NCBI GenBank assembly: GCA_040005235.1 | Contig: JBDTZG010000064.1 | Span: 1-28,078, forward strand | Origin: Acidobacteriota bacterium | Lineage (GTDB): Bacteria > Acidobacteriota > Thermoanaerobaculia > Multivoradales > UBA5704 | DNA length: 28,078 bases | Direction of reading: 5' to 3' | Shown: one piece after another, positions 23,485-28,078 of the stretch | Numbering within the stretch: the first letter of the stretch is position 1 | Layout of the letters: each line of letters begins with the position of its first letter | Notes under the pieces: model-generated | The model's input: the letters and a program-made list of their open reading frames with translations, nothing else | Database searches by the model: none | Told to the model about the DNA's origin: nothing | Made by a program: the position numbers and the translations under genes

Positions 23485-24603
23485 CTACTTTAAAGCCTGG
23501 GCGAGATCCTCGATCAGGTCGTCCGGATGCTCCAGCCCGACCGAGACGCGCAACAGCCCTTCGGGCGCCCGAGTGTTCGGCCCTTCGACCGAGGCGCGGT
23601 GCTCGACCAGGCTTTCGACGCCGCCCAAGGAAGTCGCACGGGTAAAGACCTTCACCTTCGAGGCGACCTCGAACGCCCGCGCCCGGCCGCCGGGGACGAC
23701 GAAGGAGAGCATGCCGCCCCAGCCGGTCATCTGGCGCTTGGCGATCTCATGCCCCGGATGGTCGGGAAGACCGGGGAAGAACACCCTCTCGACGCTTGGG
23801 TGCTCGGCCAAGAACGTCGCGAGCCGGGCGGCGTTTTCACCGTGCATTCGCATCCGTGCCGGCAGGCTCCGCACCCCGCGCAGAACCAGCCAGCTGTCGA
23901 ATGCCGAGGCGCCCGCCCCGGCGCTCGCCTGAAGCCGCCGCACTCGGGCGAACAGCGGGTTTTCCTCGCGCGCAACCAGTGCGCCGCCGAGGACGTCGCA
24001 GTGGCCCCCGAGATACTTGGTCGTCGAATGGAGGACGAGATCCGCGCCGAGCATCAGCGGCCGTTGGAGCACGGGGGTCGCCCAGGTGTTGTCGACCAGG
24101 GTGAGCGCGCCGTGCGGCTTGGCCCGTTCCGCCACGCGGGAGATGTCGGCGATCCCGAGCAGCGGATTCGATGGCGTTTCGAGCCAGACCAGCCGCGTGG
24201 TCGGACGCATTGCCCGCTCGACCGCATCGAGATCCGCCATGTCGACGAAGCTCGATTCGAGGCCCCAGGCCCCGAACGTCTCGGTCAGCAAGGTTCGCGT
24301 GCCGTAGAACACGTCGTCCGGAGCGATCACGTGATCGCCGGGGCCGAGCGCCTGGAGCAGAGTCGCGGTGGCCGCCGAGCCGGTCGCGAAAGCCGCCGCC
24401 GTCGTTCCCCCTTCGAGCGCGGCCAGGCACTGTTCGAGATCGCTCCGGTTCGGCTGGCTCTCGCGCGAGTAGATGTGACCCTTGGGGTAGGAGCCGTCCT
24501 CCGCCCGTTCGAACGTCGTGGCGAGGTGGAGCGACGCGGAGACCCCGCCCGAGGCGGGCTCGATCCGGCGTCCGGCGTGAATGGCGAGGGTTTCGATGCG
24601 CAT
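23485..24603 (-). CDS. Cystathionine gamma-synthase/gamma-lyase family PLP enzyme (Cys/Met metabolism)
   Basis: Motifs 'ETLAIHAG', 'YSRESQPNR', 'LVWLETPSNP', 'DNTWATP', 'HSTTKYLGGH' (PLP lysine), 'ATSLGGVESL', 'LLRVSVGLEHPDDLIEDLAQAL'. MetB, MetC and MccB cannot be distinguished by eye. Confidence 0.93.
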   Translation of the reverse strand: MRIETLAIHAGRRIEPASGGVSASLHLATTFERAEDGSYPKGHIYSRESQPNRSDLEQCLAALEGGTTAAAFATGSAATATLLQALGPGDHVIAPDDVFYGTRTLLTETFGAWGLESSFVDMADLDAVERAMRPTTRLVWLETPSNPLLGIADISRVAERAKPHGALTLVDNTWATPVLQRPLMLGADLVLHSTTKYLGGHCDVLGGALVAREENPLFARVRRLQASAGAGASAFDSWLVLRGVRSLPARMRMHGENAARLATFLAEHPSVERVFFPGLPDHPGHEIAKRQMTGWGGMLSFVVPGGRARAFEVASKVKVFTRATSLGGVESLVEHRASVEGPNTRAPEGLLRVSVGLEHPDDLIEDLAQALK

Positions 24604-24670
24604 CGGGGGGCTCTCCCAGAGTTTCGTCCAATCTTATGTTTTCTGCCGGCCGCAAGCGGGACCAAGAGCG

Positions 24671-24699
24671 TTTACAGCTCGCGGAGCCGGTGCTAGGGT
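24671..24699 (+). promoter_or_regulatory. Candidate sigma70 promoter for the M28 peptidase gene
   Basis: TTTACA-17 bp-TAGGGT with an extended -10 TG, about 50 bp upstream of the GGAGG RBS and ATG 24751. Confidence 0.45.
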
Positions 24700-24750
24700 C
24701 GCCGCGGTTTTTGGGCGTCGATCCACCCCTCAAAGTCTCGGAGGTTTCCC

Positions 24751-27012
24751 ATGCGCCGATCGGTCCGGCTTGGTCTCGTTCTGCTCTTCGCCGTACGTTT
24801 CGCTCACGCCGACGGGCCTCAAGCCCCGACCCTGCTCGGTTTCTCGACCGACCGCTCGGCCGCCGAGCGGGCCATCGAGCAGCAGTTGGATCATGGGCTC
24901 AAAGCCGAGGACCAGCGCGCCTGGATGAAGCGGCTCTCCGCGCATCCGCACCACATCGGCTCGCCCTACGGCAAGCAGAACGCCGAGCTCATCGCCGAGC
25001 TCTACCGCTCGTTCGGTTTCGACACCCGGATCGAAGAGTTCAGCGTTCTCTTCCCGACCCCGAAGCTGCGGAAGCTGGAGCTGGTGGCGCCGACCTCCTT
25101 CGTAGCCTCGCTCACCGAGCCGCCGATCCCGGGCGATTCGACCTCCGGCCAGACGGCCGAGATGCTGCCGCCTTATAACGTCTACTCGATCGACGGCGAC
25201 GCCACGGCCGAGCTGGTCTACGTCAATTACGGCATCCCTTCGGACTACGAAGAGCTGGAGCAGCGCGGGATCGACGTCAAGGGCAAGATCGTGATCGCCC
25301 GCTACGGCCATTCCTGGCGCGGCATCAAGCCGAAGGTTGCGGCGGAGCACGGAGCGCTCGCCTGCATTCTCTACTCCGACCCGGCCGACGACGGCTATGC
25401 CCAGGGAGACGTTTACCCCAAGGGTGGAATGAGGAGCGACCACGCGGTCCAGCGCGGCTCGGTGGCCGACGCCCCGCTGCGTTCGGGCGATCCGCTCACC
25501 CCGGGAATCGGCGCCACGGCGGACGCCAAGAGGATCGACATCAAGGACGCGGCGACGCTCACCAAGATCCCCGTCCTGCCGATCTCCTACGCCGACGCGC
25601 TTCCGCTTCTCCGCGCGCTCGGCGGGCCGGTGGCACCCGAGTCGTACCGGGGCGGCCTTCCGATCACCTATCACCTAGGTCCCGGGCCCGCGAAGGTCCA
25701 CCTTGCGCTCGCTTTCAACTGGGACATGGCGACCGCGTACGACGTGATTGCCACGCTTCGCGGCTCCGAGCTGCCCGACGAGTGGGTTATCCGCGGCAAT
25801 CACCACGACGCCTGGGTCCACGGCGCGAGCGATCCGCTGTCAGGCCAGGTCGCCATGCTCTCCGAAGCGAAAGCGATCGGCGCGCTCGCCAAGACCGGCT
25901 GGAAGCCGCGCCGGACGATCGTCTACGCCTCCTGGGACGGCGAAGAACCGGGCCTGCTCGGCTCGACCGAATGGGTTGAAACCCATGCCGACGAGTTGCG
26001 CGTCAAAGCGGTTGCCTACGTCAACAGCGACAGCAACTCCCGCGGTTTCCTCGGGCTTGGTGGCTCGCACTCACTGGAAGCTTTCTTGAACGACGTTGCC
26101 CGCGACGTGGTCGATCCGGAAAAAGGGGTGAGCGTCCTTGAACGTACGCGGGCCAACCAGCGCCTGACGGGTTCGGCGGACGAGAAGCGCGAGGCGCGCG
26201 ACCGGGCGAACCTGCGGATCGGCGCCCTCGGCTCCGGTTCGGATTTCACCCCGTTCCTGCAACACCTGGGCATCGCGTCGATCGACGTGGGCTACAGCGG
26301 TGAGGAGGAGTACGGCCAGTACCACACGGCCTACGACAGCTTCGACCACTTCGTTCGTTTCGTCGATCCGGACGGAGCCTACGGCGTGACGCTCGCCCAG
26401 ACGGGCGGGCGAATCATCCTGCGGCTCGCCCAGGCCGACGTGCTGCCGTTCGAGTTCACCGGTTTTGCCGACAACGTCGCCCAGTATGCCGACCAGGTGC
26501 GGGAGTTGGCCGACAACCTACGCACCGAGACCGAAGAGCAGAGCCGCATGATCTCCGACGGCATCTATGCCCAGGCGTTCGATCCGCGCCATCCCTACGT
26601 GCTGCCCAAGGCCAAAGGTCCGGTGCCCTTCCTCAACTTCGCGCCGCTCCAGAACGCGGTCGCCGCGGTGCAAAAGAGCGCCAAGGCCTTCACCGCCGCC
26701 GCCGCGGATCGCGCCCGTTCGGGCCGACCCTACGAAACGGCCGAGCTCCAAAAGCTGGGCGACCTGCTGATCGGCAGCGAGCGAGCCCTCACCCGCCCGG
26801 AAGGTCTCCCCGGCCGGCCCTGGTACGTCCACCAAATCTACGCCCCCGGCTTCTACACCGGCTACGGCGTCAAGACCCTACCGGGAATCCGCGAAGCAAT
26901 CGAAGCCCGGAACTGGGACCTGGCGGCCCGCGAAACGGAAATCGTGGCGGAAACGCTGCGAGGCTACGCCGCGCAGATCGACAAGGCAACGGCGGCGTTG
27001 GGCGGGCGGTAG
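24751..27012 (+). CDS. Secreted M28 peptidase, glutamate carboxypeptidase II/transferrin-receptor-like (PA + M28 + TfR dimerisation domains)
   Basis: Signal peptide; PA domain 'ELVYVNYG...GKIVIARYG'; 'VQRGSV'; 'GNHHDAWVHGASDPLSG'; 'SWDGEEPGLLGSTEW'; 'LGSGSDF'; 'YHTAYD'; 'GLPGRPWYVHQIYAPG'. Confidence 0.93.
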   Translation: MRRSVRLGLVLLFAVRFAHADGPQAPTLLGFSTDRSAAERAIEQQLDHGLKAEDQRAWMKRLSAHPHHIGSPYGKQNAELIAELYRSFGFDTRIEEFSVLFPTPKLRKLELVAPTSFVASLTEPPIPGDSTSGQTAEMLPPYNVYSIDGDATAELVYVNYGIPSDYEELEQRGIDVKGKIVIARYGHSWRGIKPKVAAEHGALACILYSDPADDGYAQGDVYPKGGMRSDHAVQRGSVADAPLRSGDPLTPGIGATADAKRIDIKDAATLTKIPVLPISYADALPLLRALGGPVAPESYRGGLPITYHLGPGPAKVHLALAFNWDMATAYDVIATLRGSELPDEWVIRGNHHDAWVHGASDPLSGQVAMLSEAKAIGALAKTGWKPRRTIVYASWDGEEPGLLGSTEWVETHADELRVKAVAYVNSDSNSRGFLGLGGSHSLEAFLNDVARDVVDPEKGVSVLERTRANQRLTGSADEKREARDRANLRIGALGSGSDFTPFLQHLGIASIDVGYSGEEEYGQYHTAYDSFDHFVRFVDPDGAYGVTLAQTGGRIILRLAQADVLPFEFTGFADNVAQYADQVRELADNLRTETEEQSRMISDGIYAQAFDPRHPYVLPKAKGPVPFLNFAPLQNAVAAVQKSAKAFTAAAADRARSGRPYETAELQKLGDLLIGSERALTRPEGLPGRPWYVHQIYAPGFYTGYGVKTLPGIREAIEARNWDLAARETEIVAETLRGYAAQIDKATAALGGR

Positions 27013-27017
27013 GGCGG

Positions 27018-27401
27018 CTAATACGGCTTCTGGGTATCGAGCGAAGGAAGCGGCAGGAAGTGCTTCAAATTCGTGGTGAACAGCGGGACCGCGAGCCGCA
27101 CTGCCACCGAGGCGATCATGGCGTCCTGAAGGTGAACGCCATGGCTCAGGTGGAAACGGGCGGTCTGGCGCATGGCCCAGCGGTTGTCGTCCGCAGTGGG
27201 ATGCTCGACGTGAAATTGGCGAAGTAGGCGGATCGCCTGGGCGCGGCGGGCACCGTCTCGTGCCCCTTGGACCGTCTCCATCCAAACCACGGGAGTGATC
27301 GCGAGGCGGCGGCGCCCCAGCTGCTCGAACCACTCTTTGGCGGGTTGAAAGCCACGGAGTAGGTCGATCAACACGGAGGTGTCGAGGATCGCGTCGCTCA
27401 C
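27018..27401 (-). CDS. vapC: PIN-domain ribonuclease toxin (VapC family)
   Basis: 'ILDTSVLID...WMETVQG...DAMIASVA...LFTTNLKHF' carries the PIN acidic residues. GTG 27401 overlaps the upstream TGA (GTG 27404 is an alternative). Confidence 0.88.
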   Translation of the reverse strand: MSDAILDTSVLIDLLRGFQPAKEWFEQLGRRRLAITPVVWMETVQGARDGARRAQAIRLLRQFHVEHPTADDNRWAMRQTARFHLSHGVHLQDAMIASVAVRLAVPLFTTNLKHFLPLPSLDTQKPY

Positions 27402-27685
27402 CACGAGTAGCGCGGGGCGGCCGCGCGAAGGTGCTCGACGTATTCGGCGCCGCTCGGCATTTCGCGATCCTCGGCCCAGGAGCCGATCTCGGGCGACGCG
27501 GCGATCTCGGCCGCGGTCAGGCCCGCTCCCCGAAGATCCTCCTCGGACAACAGGAGGGCCTCTTCAGTCAACGCTTCCAGAGTCACCAAAACAGGCCCCC
27601 GCAAGACGCCCGAAGGCAATTCGACGTGAAGCTGCCCGTCTTCGGTAACTTCCCCCTCGAATTTCAGCGCCGTCGCGGTCTTCAT
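27398..27685 (-). CDS. Putative antitoxin of the PIN toxin
   Basis: 95 aa, acidic, translationally coupled upstream of vapC. N-terminal beta-rich 'FEGEVTEDGQLHVELP' is swapped-hairpin-like, and the C-terminal 'IGSWAEDREM..GAEYVEHLR' resembles VapB-type toxin-binding tails. Confidence 0.75.
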   Translation of the reverse strand: MKTATALKFEGEVTEDGQLHVELPSGVLRGPVLVTLEALTEEALLLSEEDLRGAGLTAAEIAASPEIGSWAEDREMPSGAEYVEHLRAAAPRYSW

Positions 27686-27705
27686 GGTGCATTCCCTCAG
27701 AAATA

Positions 27706-27753
27706 GGTTACCACCATGGCCGCAGGTCTTTCCTGGAGAAGCCCCTGGTAACC
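27706..27753. promoter_or_regulatory. 8-bp inverted repeat upstream of the TA operon, candidate operator
   Basis: GGTTACCA (27706-27713) and TGGTAACC (27746-27753), 20-70 bp upstream of the antitoxin start. Confidence 0.35.
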
Positions 27754-28078
27754 CACGCTACCCGAAAAAGTGGCCGAGCAGCAGATCGTCAAGGCGTCGG
27801 CGGCTCTGGGCGGGCGGTAAAAGTGGCTTTTGAGGGAAAAATCTCGCTTGTCGCCCGCGCAGTAGCGATCCCCCGTCGGGCCGGCGCTTTCCGCGGGGGA
27901 TGGCGAGCTGGGGGAAGGAATAGCGGAATTCAGCGCGCGCGAGCCGCTTTCGGCCGCCGCGAGCCCAATTCTGAGTCGGATAGCCGCTATCCGCGGCGGA
28001 AAGTCCCTTCCTGGGACCGCAGTCGGAACCTGTCAATGGTTTTGAGACACTTTTTGGGTTTCGGCTAAGGAAGAATCG

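Noticed and set aside
24604-24750. SAM riboswitch or T-box upstream of the Cys/Met PLP enzyme
   Set aside because: The short divergent spacer shows no recognisable SAM-I (ATC...GAGA...GAT core) or T-box consensus. An Rfam scan would settle it.
27758-28078. ORFs 27758-28036 (-) and 27823-28068 (+)
   Set aside because: No recognisable motifs and atypical codon usage, so this is probably intergenic. The minus frame is open to the window edge, so the tail of an outside gene cannot be fully excluded.
1-28078. CRISPR array, IS element, integrase or reverse transcriptase
   Set aside because: I saw no regularly spaced direct repeats and no transposase, recombinase or RT motifs in any ORF.

Overview
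High-GC bacterial DNA, possibly Acidobacteriota (inferred only from an ADOP-type orphan ABC permease). Positions 1-18513 (+) are the distal half of an extracellular contractile injection system (eCIS, Afp/PVC-like) operon. It runs: partial Afp15/Pvc15-type AAA+ ATPase, a small conserved protein, three DUF4157 ('eCIS core') modular cargo proteins with one candidate immunity gene, tube-initiator-like, LysM, gp27-like hub, gp5/gpV spike, PAAR-like tip, gp25, two large baseplate J-like proteins, a gpI-like/beta-helix protein and a DUF6519 protein. Sheath and major tube genes are not in the window and probably lie upstream. The operon ends 64 bp from the 3' end of a convergent tRNA-Glu(CTC). The right part holds an orphan ABC permease, a secreted putative Zn-phospholipase C/P1-fold protein with beta-trefoil and Cys-rich repeat domains, a cystathionine gamma-synthase/lyase, an M28 glutamate-carboxypeptidase-II-like peptidase and a vapBC-type TA pair. 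The most interesting element is the DUF4157 cassette. Each of the three paralogous carriers ends in a different second HExxH metallopeptidase tip. They are built from shuffled modules bounded by [LVM]QR motifs, and two share an uncharacterised amphipathic/annexin-like middle domain. All family assignments come from motif recognition, not database searches.
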